Notes under the pieces: model-generated | Told to the model about the DNA's origin: nothing | The model's input: the letters and a program-made list of their open reading frames with translations, nothing else | Database searches by the model: none | Assembly: GCF_018977255.1 (NCBI RefSeq) | Contig: NW_024704742.1 | Span: forward strand, 101,124,001-101,188,000 | Origin: Callorhinchus milii | Lineage: Eukaryota | Direction: 5' to 3' | DNA: 64,000 nucleotides | In this document: positions 12,390-25,399 of the stretch, in pieces | Numbering within the stretch: the first letter of the stretch is position 1 | Layout: each line of letters starts with the position of its first letter | Translations under genes and position numbers: made by a program

Positions 12390-12640
12390 TTGTTCTGTAT
12401 TGCTCGTGAGAGGAGGCAAACAAAATGAGCGATCACTGCTCAATAAGCACCGCTGTTTGTTTGGAAGTAGGTTGGGGGCATAGACTATAATTCTCCCACT
12501 ATTGAATAGCCTGCCCACTTTCGCTGTCCAGTTTCACATGTGAAGAATGACTACTTGGGTAGATAATGAAAGCTGCCAACATTTCTAGAACCTCATCCCA
12601 AAATGAGTCAGCAGCTTCAGGAGAGAGTTGGAGGAAATTG
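12390..12640 (+). repeat. Ancient unclassified repeat (same family as 9790-10345)
   Basis: gaatagcctgcc...cacatgtgaagaatgactacttggg...gagtcagcagcttcaggagag. Confidence 0.5.
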
Positions 12641-14632
12641 ATGGAGGACTGAGAATTGTTAATTGTTAAAATCAACATCAATACTGAAATTTGCATGATC
12701 CATAATTAAGACATGGTTTGCAGCCAATTCCTTACTTAAAGCACTAGGATTGGCTTGGATGAAGAAGTGCCTTTCACACATCCAATCTCACCCCTGCAGA
12801 CATTCTATCCCACCATCCTCTTATGAAAGCATCAAGCTGCGTCCAACAGCTTGTTATCAACCATCATTCTTGGTAACCTGTTTCAATCATTATTTACCCT
12901 CTAGATAAATAAATACTTCTTTGTGTTTGTCATGAAATTGTATCCCTAAGCCTGTGTCCTCATCTTCTGCAGTCTTGGTGCATCGGAATACATTGTTCTT
13001 AATTAAGTGAGATTGAGTTGACTTTCTCAGTCTTACTTAATAACACTAGTAATAAATAATAATAATAATAATCATAATAAGGGATGCGGTCAAAGAGGCA
13101 GGTCTTGAAATGTGCATTGATGGAGGCAAGGGAAGGTGTGAGGCAGAGAGACACCAAGTTGCAATTCCAGAAGGGGAGGCAATGATAGCATTAAAATCAA
13201 TTAAACGGCAGTTCATTCACACATGATTATGTATTCACCTCTAATTGTTGCAGGTTTCTAATGTATTTTTTCTAAGAACATTACCAATGCCAAAGTTCAG
13301 ACAGAGAATAAAATGCACACCAATAAAACAAGGAGATCTGCATCCATTATACTCTGTTAACACTTTGAATGTAACAAAACCTTAAGATCCACTTCAATGG
13401 GTTTATGTTCAAAGTCGTGTCATGGCAATTCTTTATTTAAGGTACTTGGCACAAATTATCAGCGTGAATATCAACAAATCAATTATTAATGCTTGAAATG
13501 CATTCCTATTCCTTCCACAGCCCCAGAAACTCAAGCAAAGTGCATTTGTTTAAAAAATTATGCACATTTAGAACACCTCCATTAATCTGATTTGGGTATA
13601 ACTTCAGCTCCGTGTAATACCTTTTCCCTTTTGTATTGTACTTGCAGTAATGTGTGGCTTATCTTGCCCTATTTATCAAAATTATCAGAGAAAGGAATAT
13701 CTTGTGGGTACCCAAACATGCCAATTTCATCACAATACAAGCTGAGTTGGAGGGTGAAAACAGCAGTTTTATGTAAAGAGGAAGTAATGAGGAAAATTGG
13801 TAATTGCTGTTTAAAAGAGTTATTTTAATTGAGCCTCATTTTTTAGCTGCATATAAGATTTCTATTTCATTGAAAATAATTACAGTTCATCCTTGTTCTC
13901 ACGGAAATTCCAGCAGTAGTTACACTTGACAAAGTCAATCCACTTTACAGTACATTCTGTGAGGTGCTTTGAGATGTCTCAACAACTTGATAAGGTGCTA
14001 TATGCAATGTAAGGATTATTAAAATTAACATAAAATAATGCAAATCACATTGAATATATGGGAAATGCAGACCTGTACATTAAGCTGTGCACCACCATCA
14101 TTATAAAAGGAGAGTACCATCAGCACTACTGCCCTGATTCAACAGAGGAACAGAACAAATGACCATGAGACAGCAGGAATAGTGATGGAGATAGGACAGA
14201 GTCTAAGTGATGTTTTTTGTGACCAGAATGCACTAATAGAAAAGGCACCAGTAAGTAATTCTCTCACTAGAGTAATAAAAACAGTTTATTGTTTGTAATA
14301 ATAACAAGTAATAACCCTTATTTAGAAACGTACATGGAGTTTGAATGCTGCCTATAAATATTGGCAGCTATGATTTGGAAGTACACACCTCTATACCAGG
14401 AGGTTAGGGAAGGTTCACTTTGTGAATCACATTATACAGTAATTGTAGGCTAGGAAATACATTTTGAATCAGTTTTCAGCATCAAGTCCATTTTGCCTGT
14501 CTATAACATGCCCAGAGGCTATTTCGGAACTGGATACACATTTATTCATCTTTCCTAGCTTTCATTTTGAATGCAGTGAATGGAAATATAACAATTTAGG
14601 AGGAGCAGCTATCAAGTGAAGGGCATCAACAC

Positions 14633-14950
14633 CAATAACAACAACTTGCATTTATATAGCACCGTTCATACTCATGGAGCGCTTAATAGTGGTGGGGCTT
14701 GATGCTGAGCAGGCAGAAAGGGGAGGTGAACCTAGGCACAGTCAAAAAGGAAGGTCTTCATGTGCTGTCTGAAAATGGGCAGGGATTGAGGCAGAGAGTT
14801 CCAGAGATTCAGCTGTAGAGGCTGAAAGCACGGCTCTCAGTGTTGGAGCAGAAGGGGAGCTAGGGACATGGAGAAGGCCGGAGTCAGCTAACTGAAGAGT
14901 ACGTATAGAAGAGTGGGGTGTGAGCAGGTGAGAGAGGTAGGGAGGTACTA
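14633..14950 (-). mobile_element. L2 3' fragment
   Basis: (AAC)n-ttgcatttatatagc tail followed by purine-rich L2 antisense sequence (gtcaaaaaggaaggtcttca, gagttccagag). Confidence 0.75.
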
Positions 14951-15017
14951 GAATTGTGATGGAGGTAAGACAGAGGCTGAGTGATGTTCTTTATGACCAG
15001 AAGGCACAAAGAGAATA

Positions 15018-15333
15018 AATAATAATAATCCTTGCATTTGATATAGCGCTTTTCACGTCGGGAGGACGTCCCAAAGCGCTTCACAGAACACACTGTAAAG
15101 TGAATTGACTGTATATTTGTGGGCAAACGCGGCAGCCAATTGCGCACAGCAATGTCCCACAAACAGTCGTAGATTGAAAATGACCAATTTATTATTGTTT
15201 GGGTTTTGGAGGGATTATTATTAGGCGTGTGGAGTAAGGAAAATTGCCCAGGGTTTCGCCCTCTGCCTGGAATTGAACTCGGGTCTCTCGCTTGCAAAGC
15301 GAGTGCTCTAACCACTGAGCTACAGGACTCCAC
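15018..15333 (-). mobile_element. Young full-length tRNA-Ala-derived Deu SINE
   Basis: Head gtggagtcctgtagctcagtggttagagcactcgctttgcaagcgag (A box, TGC anticodon arm, B box gagttcaattcc), Deu core, L2-like tail, (TTA)n. TSD gaata at 15013-15017 and 15334-15338. Confidence 0.95.
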
Positions 15334-17418
15334 GAATAGGCATCAGTAAGTAGATTTCTCACTAGAACAATACAAGCAGGTCAAAGTAATAACCCTTATT
15401 AAAGACATACATGGAGTCTGAAATGCTGAGTGATAAATAATTTTTCATAGGGATTCTAAAATGTGGGATAATGTTATGCTAAAAAAAAATACTAATAATC
15501 CTTGCATTTGGTGTAGCATCTTTCACATAAATGAATAATAAATACAGACACATTTCCAAGTATTGGAAAAGACTGTTTTGTGACCAGCATTTTGCCTCCA
15601 ACCTTGTGTCAAAATAATATACAGTAGATTTACTGTTAATGCCTGTTAGCCCCTTTGGAAATTGTGCCATGAAGTCAGAAATGATGGAAACAGCTTAACA
15701 GAGGAACAGGAGCATTGGATAGTTTCAGTCTGATAGAGTACAATAGTCCTTTGAAAGTCATTGATGCTATCATTGTTATTGTCCCTCTGAGCTTTAGTGC
15801 CTTGCTCTTCCCAAATATCCAAGTCATCTAGCAGGCTGTTTTGACCTGCATCTTAACTGTGTTATATTTAAAACTCATTGCACCATCTACTCTTCTAACT
15901 CATGATACCTTATGTAAAGTCCTTATTTTCTCCAGTCTTCCATTCCTCCTACAAACCACAGGAATTTAATATCCATGCTTGACAACAACTAGCTTCAAGT
16001 CTAGTGTTTGACCTTCACTCTAGCTTCTCCTAAAAACACATTGTAGCTCCCCTGATGGTAAACAAATGTTTCATATGAAACTGAGGGCCCAGGTTAGCTC
16101 TTCCCAGCTAGAACATCAATGGGAGCACTGAGATTAGTTTCAAATTACCACTTTTGATCATTGCCCAGGTGCCTTTCCTGAAACATGGCTCCATTTGGAC
16201 ACTTGGTCAGGCTTCGATGGTGTGCTCCTCATAAAGAGCTGGTTGACATTCCCTGTAAGCTCACATAATAGTCAATTCACTTTACAGTACATTTTGTTAA
16301 GCGCTTTGAGACATCGCGAAGACCTGATATGGCACTATATCAAATGCTAGGATTATTATTATTATTATAAGATGAATAGCCACATTGTGAGATGGTCAGT
16401 GTCCCAAAGAACCATATAAGAATAACAGCAACTTGATTTCTATAGCACCCTTTGTGTGTGGCAGTGTCTTTGACGGTTTAAACATAACTATTCTGAGTGA
16501 AAATGTTTCTGGAGAGAAACCCGGAGTGGAAAACTGGAACAAAAATATTGTATTGTATTAAAATTTGTCTATGACAGAAGCTGTTTGATGCTAGAACATG
16601 AAATTCTATTCTTTTAAAATAGGAGTCAGTTTATTTATGTAGTTCTTGGTTCTTGAGACCTAATATGTCTAGCGTACTGTCCAACACCATATTTCGATTC
16701 TTCTGTTAGAACTACAGAAATAACGGTCATGACCCTAGCATTACCCATAACATTACTGTTTGCTCTGAATTGGATTTGATATGCCTTTAAGTTTAAATCC
16801 ATGTAAGATGGTCTGAGCATATGCATCTTTGTTTCCGTGTCTCTTACTGCAGTGCTTTGGCTTTGGCTGACAGTCATTTTCTTTCCCAATCATTCTGAGT
16901 GCCATACTGTGCTGGAATGAAATTGTTGAATGAACATTCATCACCTCTAAAGAGAATGAGTAGTCCAGAATGGGAGCTGGAAGGAAATTAAGGTAAACAT
17001 TTGTATTCGTAGACGGACAAAAATGTCAATGCAAAACCAGAAATAAGACTTGTCGACAAACACAACTTTATCAATTCAAATCAGTTCTTCCTAATTAGAA
17101 TCATATAGCAATCATTGAATCTGATGGCTTTTAATAACAATAGTAATCCTTGCATTTGATATAGTCCCTTATAACGTTGTTGAGATGTCTCAAAGACTGT
17201 GTATTTTGTATTTTATTCCTTTTAGTTCATTGTGACGAATTAATCCAGAGATTGGTTCAGGAGAAGAAGGCCCAGTGACCCATTTCATCTTCTCCATCCA
17301 GAGTATCGGCCCATTATTGACCCAATTCGACCTGTTGTATTATGTTTCAGTGGTGAAGCAGGAACTCAAAATCATGTAGGACTGGGGGCAAAGGGGTGGG
17401 GAGGCCAATAAAACTCCT

Positions 17419-17628
17419 TTAGTGCGACAAAAGCTGGCATTCGCATTGAAAGGTATTGAGGTGCAGTGAGTCTGTGTTGGATTTACACTCAGGATCCCAA
17501 CATGACAGACATTGCACTGCATAACCGAACCCCCTTTGATATCGTAACTTCCTCTTGGCCTGTCTGCCTCTCCGTCTGTCAGTACACATTTCTGCATACA
17601 CATATGTATCATTGGGACTCTTGAATAA
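17419..17628 (-). CDS. Putative terminal coding exon of an unidentified gene (LFKSPNDTYVYAEMCTDRRRGRQAKRKLRYQRGFGYAVQCLSCWDPECKSNTDSLHLNTFQCECQLLSH*)
   Basis: Strong acceptor gctttgtttcag, phase 0, 69 open codons to TAA, non-repetitive. Minus-strand AATAAA near 17212-17217. Confidence 0.5.
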   Translation of the reverse strand, partial: LFKSPNDTYVYAEMCTDRRRGRQAKRKLRYQRGFGYAVQCLSCWDPECKSNTDSLHLNTFQCECQLLSH

Positions 17629-18571
17629 CTGAAACAAAGCAACGTTTTATGCTAGATTTCCATAGCTTGTTGAATTGACCATAAGGTGTAATTAGAAACA
17701 TGCTGCAGATCTCTGAAACTATCTTTTAGAGGGCAAAGGTATATTTTTGCACAGTGAAACTCAACAAGCAATAATTTGAATTGCAATATCAGATTAGCTA
17801 CAATTAGATGTGCTCATTGGTACCTGATAAAGGAATCAGCTCTTCAATACCAGCTCTTCAATGGTCAGACTCAAAGTCAATTTGCAAATTCCTGGATAGC
17901 AGAGTATCAACTTAACACAACAAAATAAGGCAAGGAATATGTTGCATCTTGCCACTGGCACTCTAATCCAATGGTCAGAAAGTGCCATGCATGTAAGAAG
18001 CTTCTTACCAACTATTGTGAAAGTTGGGGGGGAGTTAATAGCCACACCCACAGACAAATCAATGTCTTGACATTGCCTTTCACATCAGGAGATATCTTGA
18101 AGTGCTTCACAGGATTTACTGCATAGTGTAATGACTGTATATTTTGTATGTTTTGACAGAGCAGAATGCGTTATGAAACACTGTAAATTTCACTCCACAG
18201 TGAGATGTCAAGAAAGTCCCCATTACAATAATATTTTCTCTTGTGTTCCATGACAATTGCACAGAACATTTTCTGAAATAATAATTATTCAATCATCTGT
18301 TCAGCCGTAGGAATCATGCACGAACATTTAGTCATTCCACAAATATCTCTGCGCCAACATATTCAGCAAAAGGCCATTTGTCTTGGTGGCAAAGCTATGA
18401 TCCAGTTAAGAGTTATTAAATACATCACATTGATGCCTTTCTACAGGGATAATTAAATGGTCTTATGTACAGTATAGTTTGACTTAAAGTACTGAAGTGC
18501 TGTTCCTCAACATGTTGTTTCATTAAAACTTATGGAGCCCAATGGACCTCACATCTTTTATATTTACTTAC

Positions 18572-18721
18572 CAGCTTGTCTTTCAATTTATCACAAATTT
18601 GTTTATTATGTAAATCACCAAATGTGACTGCTGTGGGTTTGACAACACAATAATTAGCTTGGCAGATACTTTCAGCAATTTGCTTACCAAACACAAACAG
18701 TTCTTTGTAGGCATGGTTCTC
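18572..18721 (-). CDS. Putative internal exon (ENHAYKELFVFGKQIAESICQANYCVVKPTAVTFGDLHNKQICDKLKDKL)
   Basis: Acceptor ttgtacag, consensus donor CTG|gtaagt, 150 nt fully open, phase 0-0, in frame with 17628. Confidence 0.55.
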
Positions 18722-21414
18722 CTGTACAATGTTTGCATTAGGAAATCATGTTTAAAGAAGCATATCAAGTTGTCTTATGAGACATGTTGCAGGCTTGTAA
18801 ACAGAGTTGTGGTGATATTGTTGTGTTTAATGGTCACATCTGTTCTGATAAGTGTCTTTGGTGTTTAAAGGGATAGAAGTATTAGCACAATGTGGCTGGG
18901 AAGTTTTTCTGTATTTAGTAAACTAGTTAACAAAATGATGCATTTCATTTTGAATTGCATATTGCATATTGCTGGCTTGTAAGCTGACACCCCACTATTC
19001 TTCATCCCAGGAACAAAACCAATACATATTTGAGTTAATAATNAAAAAACAAACACCATTGCACAAGTGTGAACATGCATCAGTATCTAGCTACTTGACT
19101 AACAGTTGTCATTGGAGGATATTTCTTCCTGCCTGCAAACTTTCCATTGCAGCAACATTAAATTGACACTTGCATTTTGCAAACTTTTTGTAGCATAGTT
19201 AATTAAGAATTACTTTTAAACCCCAATGCAATACATTATTCAGCAACTCCAAAAACAAATGCTGCTAATGCAAAGTAGAAGCTACGAGGAAGGTTGGTAC
19301 AAGCCCAAACATTGGGCAAGATGTGTACAATGCAATACAAATTTACATTTATATAGCGACTCAGGAGAATTAATGTGCAAAATGCCACCCAGTAGATGAA
19401 TTCTGAATAATGGTAACGTGTTGTATAGTTTAAAATTAAAATAATAAATGATTATTTTGAACGATAGTAATTGGTATACATTTCTGTTTGAAATTATTTG
19501 AAGTACTTATCAGGTGTCTGCCTGGTTTAATTGGTAGCACTCTCACCGCTGAGCCACTCACACCTGGGTTGTAATTTTAACTAACATGCTCCAATGTAGT
19601 GCTGGGGGAATCTGTCTGCTTGTTCAGTGGATTCTATGGCACAACTTGAAAGAGAAGATGCTACCATTATTCTGAAAAAAGGAGCAACTCTGACTCTCTC
19701 TGTTACCAGAAGTTTCTGTTTGCAGTATAAATAACATCTGAATTTAAACAGGTAAATTTCTTCATCCTTCTTGACTTTGGAGGTATAACACTTAACTTGA
19801 AAATGGTGCCATTCTTATCTCAGTTTAAGATAGCAATATTTGACTCTATTTTAATAGAGCAGTCATTCCCTCAAACACTGTACATCAAGGACCAGATTTT
19901 TGATTTTCACCCGACCAAGCCATTTCCTCACCATAAGCATCAATCGCTTAATTTTCTCTTTCTCAATCCCTTCTTTCTCCAGAAATAAATCCAGTTGCCC
20001 TTTACATAGTCAGTTTGTCACTATTGTCATGAAGTGTTGCCCTACTAAAGAAGCCTGGTCACTGTTTCCCTTCTTAAAAAAACATCATTCTCCATTTTTA
20101 ATTTCTCAAACAACGTTCCCTTCCGCCAGCTATGTGCTCATCTTCCTTATCATTTCCTTTCAAGTCCGATTCAGTTCAGTTTCAAATTCACAACCCAACA
20201 ATGAAGCTTCCTTGATCAAACTCACCAATGTCATTGGGTCACCTCAAGTGTATTCCATAACGTCCTGATAACTATAGATTTGCTGTCACCTCTCTTCCTC
20301 CTCAATCCTACCACTGCCATCAATACTGGAGTGTTTTCCATTATTATGCACATTATATTATTGAAATACCAACTGGTTAGTTTAGTCTGATGGCCAATTT
20401 CTGAGTAACATAATAAGTTAAACTGTTCACCCTCCAGTTCCCTTTTTATCCTTTCACTGAGCAATACATGGTCTGTGATACTCAAGATTTGAGGTCAGCT
20501 ATTTTGAACTCTAAAGAGCATAGAGGCTAAACTAACACAATGTCTGATAAAATTTGATGTCTGTTTCCTGGAAATTTATTCCATGCCCACTGTTGGAAAT
20601 GCCATCGACAAACATTGACATCGTCATATCTCCACCTCCTTGGGACGTCCTCCTGACATGAAAGGTGCTCTACAAATGTGATTTGTTGTTGTTGTTGTTA
20701 ACAACACACAACATAACAAGCCCCCCCACCCCTACCCCCATAGAAGTACACACATAAACATTTTACAATGGCAAAGCCTTTAGTTTTTCCCTTAAGATGA
20801 TGCATAAAGTAAAGATGCTATTAAGTTTAATATTTTTGGTGGAGTGATTGCAAAGATGCAACCTCTGGGAGAAAGCACTGAAGTAGGTAAAAACAAATGA
20901 ACTGACCGAGTACTGGGAAGAGAGTTTGCAAAGATGAGAAAAAGGTGCAAGTGCAAATCATAAGCAGGTGGTAAGTACTTTTGTAGTTTATTTTACATTA
21001 ATATATTGTAAAGATTCTACATTGAAATGTAGGGACAGGGATTACATTTTACATCTATAGGTACTCTACAGAGTTGAAATCAACCCATTCTTTTGAGATT
21101 GTATAATTTTTCAAAGTTCAAAGTTCCTAACAGTGTGCGGTTCCACTCTGTTGCGCAATCCAGCTAGCCAACTATCCAGTTTTATCCCTTTAGGAAATAC
21201 TTTCTTCTCCTGAGAGAATTTGACCCAGTAGGCATTTTCAAGATTATGATGGGTTATGATAGGGTAAATAGTACTATATTTTTTTCACCAGTCAGCAAGT
21301 CAGTAATGGGAAGGCACAGAATTAAAGGGAAGTTGGAAAAAAGGTTTTAGGCAGAAAGTGTTGGGAATGTAGAAACCTCTGGCACAAATCATTATTTAAG
21401 ATGAGCTTATAAAA

Positions 21415-21625
21415 AACCTGAAATCCCACTTAGTAAACAACAATTTGCCTATAAAAAACAATTTTGCCTTAAAATTTAAGATGCCACACAACTGTGGAAT
21501 TTTTTTCAATTAAGTCTTAATTTGGAAGTTGTTTTTCTGCAGTGTCTGAAAAGAAACAGCTTTCAAATTGAGACTCAATTTAAGAATTTTCCATAAATCA
21601 GCACAATTTTAAGACTTATTTGAGG
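21415..21625. mobile_element. Decayed copy of the MITE-like palindromic element
   Basis: cctgaaat end and internal inverted repeat aagtcttaatttggaagttgttt / aaacagctttcaaattgagact. Confidence 0.55.
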
Positions 21626-21739
21626 CTTATTGACTATGTAGAGATGGAATTGAATACATTTTTGAAAGGACCGTAAGTAAGTGCTTGAAAAAAGGAATAT
21701 AAAAGGGTATGAAGAGGGGTCAGGAGAGTGGGGGTAAAT

Positions 21740-22049
21740 ATAATAATAATAATCCTTGCATTTGCTATAGCACTTTTCAAGTCTTCTAGACCTCTCAAAG
21801 CACTTCACAGAATATAAAGTGAATTGACTGTATATTTGTGGGCAAAACCTGGCAGCCAATTGCTCACAGCAGTGGCCCACAAACAGTCGTGGATTGAGTG
21901 ACCAACTTATTATTTTATTTATTTTCCGGAGGGATTATTATCAGGGATGTGGAATAAGGAAACTTGCCCAAGGTTTCGCCCTGCTGGGAATCGAACCCAG
22001 GTCTCTCGCTTGTTAGTCGAGTGCTCTAACCACTGAGCTACAGGACTCC
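21740..22049 (-). mobile_element. tRNA/Deu SINE (intermediate age) inserted into an old CR1 tail
   Basis: Full head-core-tail structure with the older tail variant. The flanks 21660-21735 and 22050-22130 join into a CR1-like 3' end. Confidence 0.9.
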
Positions 22050-22379
22050 CTGAGTAGATTTGGTGGTTCATATGAAGCAAAATATCAACTTGGATTTAAT
22101 GGGGCAAACAGCCTGCTTCTGTGCTGTAACATTTAAAGATTGTGCAAAGTTTCTTCTCAGTGGAAAATCATACCACACTCCAGAATATTAACCATCCTTA
22201 CATCCCACACCTGCATCTTCAATTTTCATTGGCAAGACATTCCCACGGTGCAGCAGAAAATTATATTCCAATCCCAATTCCAGCATTTTTTATCCTTACC
22301 AGTATTTAAAATACACATTCTTGTTCCTCACTAGATATTCGTCCAGCTCTTGTGATAACTTTTATTTGATGAGGGGTGA

Positions 22380-23367
22380 ATTATTTTAGCTAGGTCTGTG
22401 CTGGCTCTTCCAATTCAATCCCACTCCACGCTCTCACCCCATAGTCCTACAAACTTGTCCTCCCCAAATAATTATGTACTTCTCTCATAAAAGTTATTAT
22501 TGAATCGGCTTCCACTACTCTTTCAGGCAATGCGTTCCAGATCCGAACAACTCGCTGTGTAAAATTTTTTATCTTCACCTCCCCTCTGTTTCTTTTAACA
22601 ACTATTTTAAATTGGTGACATTGGATTACCGAGGTACTCCCAGTGGAAATAGTTTCTCCTTGTTCACCCTGTTGAATCCCCTCATAATTTAGACCTTCTC
22701 TGCTCCAAGGAGAATAATCTTAGCTCCCTAGCCTCTCCTGATAACTGAAGTCCCTCATTCCTGGTACCTTCCTAGTAAATCTACTTTGCACCCTCTCCAA
22801 TACCTTGACATCCTTCCTAAAGTGTGGTGCCCAGAACTGAACACAGTCTCTAGCTGAGGCCTAACCAGTGTTTTATAAAGGTTCATCATAACTTCCTGAC
22901 TTTTGTATTCTATGCCCCTATTTATAAAGCCTAGTATCCCAAATGCTTTTTTAACATCTTTATCTACCTGTCCTGCCACCTTCAAAGATTTACTTATATG
23001 AAACCCCAGGTCTCTCTGTTCCTTCACCCCTTTAAGATTGTACCATCAGCTTATATTGCCTCTTCTCATTCTTCCTCACAAACTGCATCATTTTGTATTT
23101 CTTAATCTTCATCTGCAACATGTCTGCCCATTTTACCAGTCTGTCTATGTCTCCTTGCAGTCTGCTACTATCCTCCTCATTGTTTACTACTTTTCCTAGC
23201 TTAGTATCATCTGCAAACTTGGAACTTGTACTCCCTATACCCAAGTCCAGGTCATTTATATAGATCAAAAACAGCGGTGGTCCCAATACTGATCCCTGGG
23301 GGACACCACTGCACACTTCCCTCCAGTCAGAAAGACAACTGTTCACTACCACTCTCTGCTTTCTCAA
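22380..23367 (-). mobile_element. CR1 LINE family B, truncated RT
   Basis: ORFs 23032-23367 and 22755-23027 (SGVPQGSVLGP, FADDTKLG, LYKTLVRPQLE). Close match to 40550-41600. Confidence 0.93.
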
Positions 23368-23947
23368 AGAGAAATTTCACTACAGATAGCTGTCTTGGTT
23401 ATTAATGAAGATTTTGTTTCTCTTCATAAACGACATGACGTAAAAACCAAGTAACTTCAGTGTCAATGTTTGAAGTGTGTAGAATATGCTCTACAGAAAT
23501 GCAGACAGAAGGTTAAAATAGCAACATTATTGAGTGAACCCTGGTTTAATAACAACAAAGCAACAACAAAATTACATTTGTATAACGCCTTTCATGTTGG
23601 GACGACATCCCAAGACGCTGGAATATACTGCAATGAATATACTTGAGGTACCAGTAAATATTTATGTAGCATTTTGAAAACNTTTTTTAAGCTTAAAACA
23701 TCCAGATTGCGAAATGACTCAAACCAAAGCTAAGTCAATGCACTGATTCAGCTGTCCTTATTTCAAAACTCAAACATTGAATGAAGAATGTGAATTCATC
23801 TTATATATTCATACTGCTCTATGGTTAATAAAGTTTGATAAATAAAAGGCACCTATTTCAACATAACAGTGAAAGATGAAAGCCAACAAATCATGTTTAG
23901 TGCTATTGCCCCAAGAAACTGTTTCAACAGGGTCCAGACAGAATTAC

Positions 23948-24053
23948 TTTATGGGCTGCAGTGTCTTGTAACATTGCAACACACTGAACAGTTTGGATGG
24001 CACCATAAATGTTAATAGTAAAGCTGTCCCAGTTTCTAAACATTGTCTCAGAC
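23948..24053 (-). CDS. Putative internal exon (SETMFRNWDSFTINIYGAIQTVQCVAMLQDTAAHK)
   Basis: Acceptor ccttag, donor AAA|gtaatt, phase 2-0, compatible with both neighbours. Splice sites are only moderate. Confidence 0.35.
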
Positions 24054-24512
24054 CTAAGGCATGTTACATAACACTGGAACTTATCCCATCCTTTATTTAA
24101 TATCAAGAAAGCTTACTAAAACCAGAATAAAACAGTTACCTTGATATTACTCAGCTTTCTAAAGTCTCTTTAACAGAGCAAATAGGAATGGATGATTAAA
24201 TCGGCAATTTAACAAGTAGTAATAGTGTATCAAATTATTTAGCAAACAGTTGTGTACCCCCAAACAGATTGACATGATGATTTTTCTCAGTATTAATGAC
24301 ATGATATTAATAATATTAAGAACACAGAGGAGTAGGTTGGTTCTCCAGTCAGTGTGCTCCTTTGTTAAGAAAGAACCACATGCAGCTTCTGTCTGTTGCC
24401 ACTCAGAGCTCCTTTGAGCCTTGCTGTAGCAGCACTGAGACAGCATTCAGTTTCACAGTAGCAGATGCCTCAGTCAATACAGAGCATGGTTATATTGAGG
24501 GTTCGTTTGGGT

Positions 24513-24791
24513 AATAATAATAATAATCCTTGCATTTGATATAGCGCTTTTCACGTCAGGAGGACGTCCCAAAGCGCTTCACAGAACACACTGTAAAGTG
24601 AATTGACTGTATATTTGTGGGCAAACGCGGCAGCCAATTGCGCACAGCAATGTCCCACAAACAGTCGTAGATTGAAAATGACCAATTTATTATTGTTTTG
24701 GGTTTTTGGAGGGATTATTATTAGGCGTGTGGAGTAAGGAAACTTGCCCAAGGTTTCGCCCTGCCTGGAATTGAACTCAGGTCTCTCGCTT
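24513..24791 (-). mobile_element. Young SINE, 5'-truncated in the anticodon loop
   Basis: Near-identical to 15018-15333 but stops at ...tctctcgctt. Probable TSD tgggt at 24508-24512 and 24794-24798. Confidence 0.95.
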
Positions 24792-24959
24792 AATGGGTCT
24801 TCCCAAAGCTCAACAGCCAGCGTGTTGTAAATTCTCTAGATGAAACAGCAGGATAGGGCACAAATCATGCTGAAATATTTTATGGTCTTTAAACACCATT
24901 ACTTTTTTTTATAGCTCTGTTGCTTTCTGTACATATTTTAAAGGGACCTGAGGATTTAC

Positions 24960-25114
24960 TCAGCCATTTGTCCTTTTGAGATTGATAAAACATATCTGGC
25001 GTGTGAAGGAGATAGGCCAGGTCTCTCTGAGGTGTCATGTCTGACAAACGCAGGCAGGCAAACGGGACCGCAGTAATCCAAGATAGACTTCAAGGTGTAA
25101 ACATGTCCTGAACC
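24960..25114 (-). CDS. Putative internal exon (GSGHVYTLKSILDYCGPVCLPAFVRHDTSERPGLSPSHARYVLSISKGQMA-E)
   Basis: Acceptor ctttggcttgcag, donor TGA|gtaaat. Only one of three frames is open. Phase 0-2 fits the 24053 exon. Confidence 0.4.
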
Positions 25115-25399
25115 CTGCAAGCCAAAGCCACAATATATAGAGCAATCATTGCTGACAAGTACTGTGCTCTGCAGTGATTATTATTATTTACATATTTTAA
25201 AATGATCAACCGAACCCCTTTAATGCAACCACACTAGAAAAATAGGGATGAAAAATGAGAATTTGTTGTGATAACTATCACTGGTGATTATGATCCCATA
25301 AACTCAGTCTTTATTGTTTTATGGGAATTCCAATTCATTCAATAAAATAGTATAACATTGTATGCTGTTTCTTTTTAAATGGGTATTACATTCTAAATT

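Noticed and set aside
14884..15333. Recurrent peptide ...IINWSFSIYDCLWDIAVRNWLPR... (also 26166, 44034, 46489) as a small gene family
   Set aside because: These are incidental frames in near-identical SINE copies. The frames differ between copies and run into (TTA)n tails.
17419..18721. Naming the protein from short motifs (FGYAVQ as integrin FG-GAP, FGDLH as metallophosphoesterase, CVVKP as ATP-grasp)
   Set aside because: Each match is only 5-6 residues and the surrounding sequence does not continue the family pattern, so no gene symbol is assigned.
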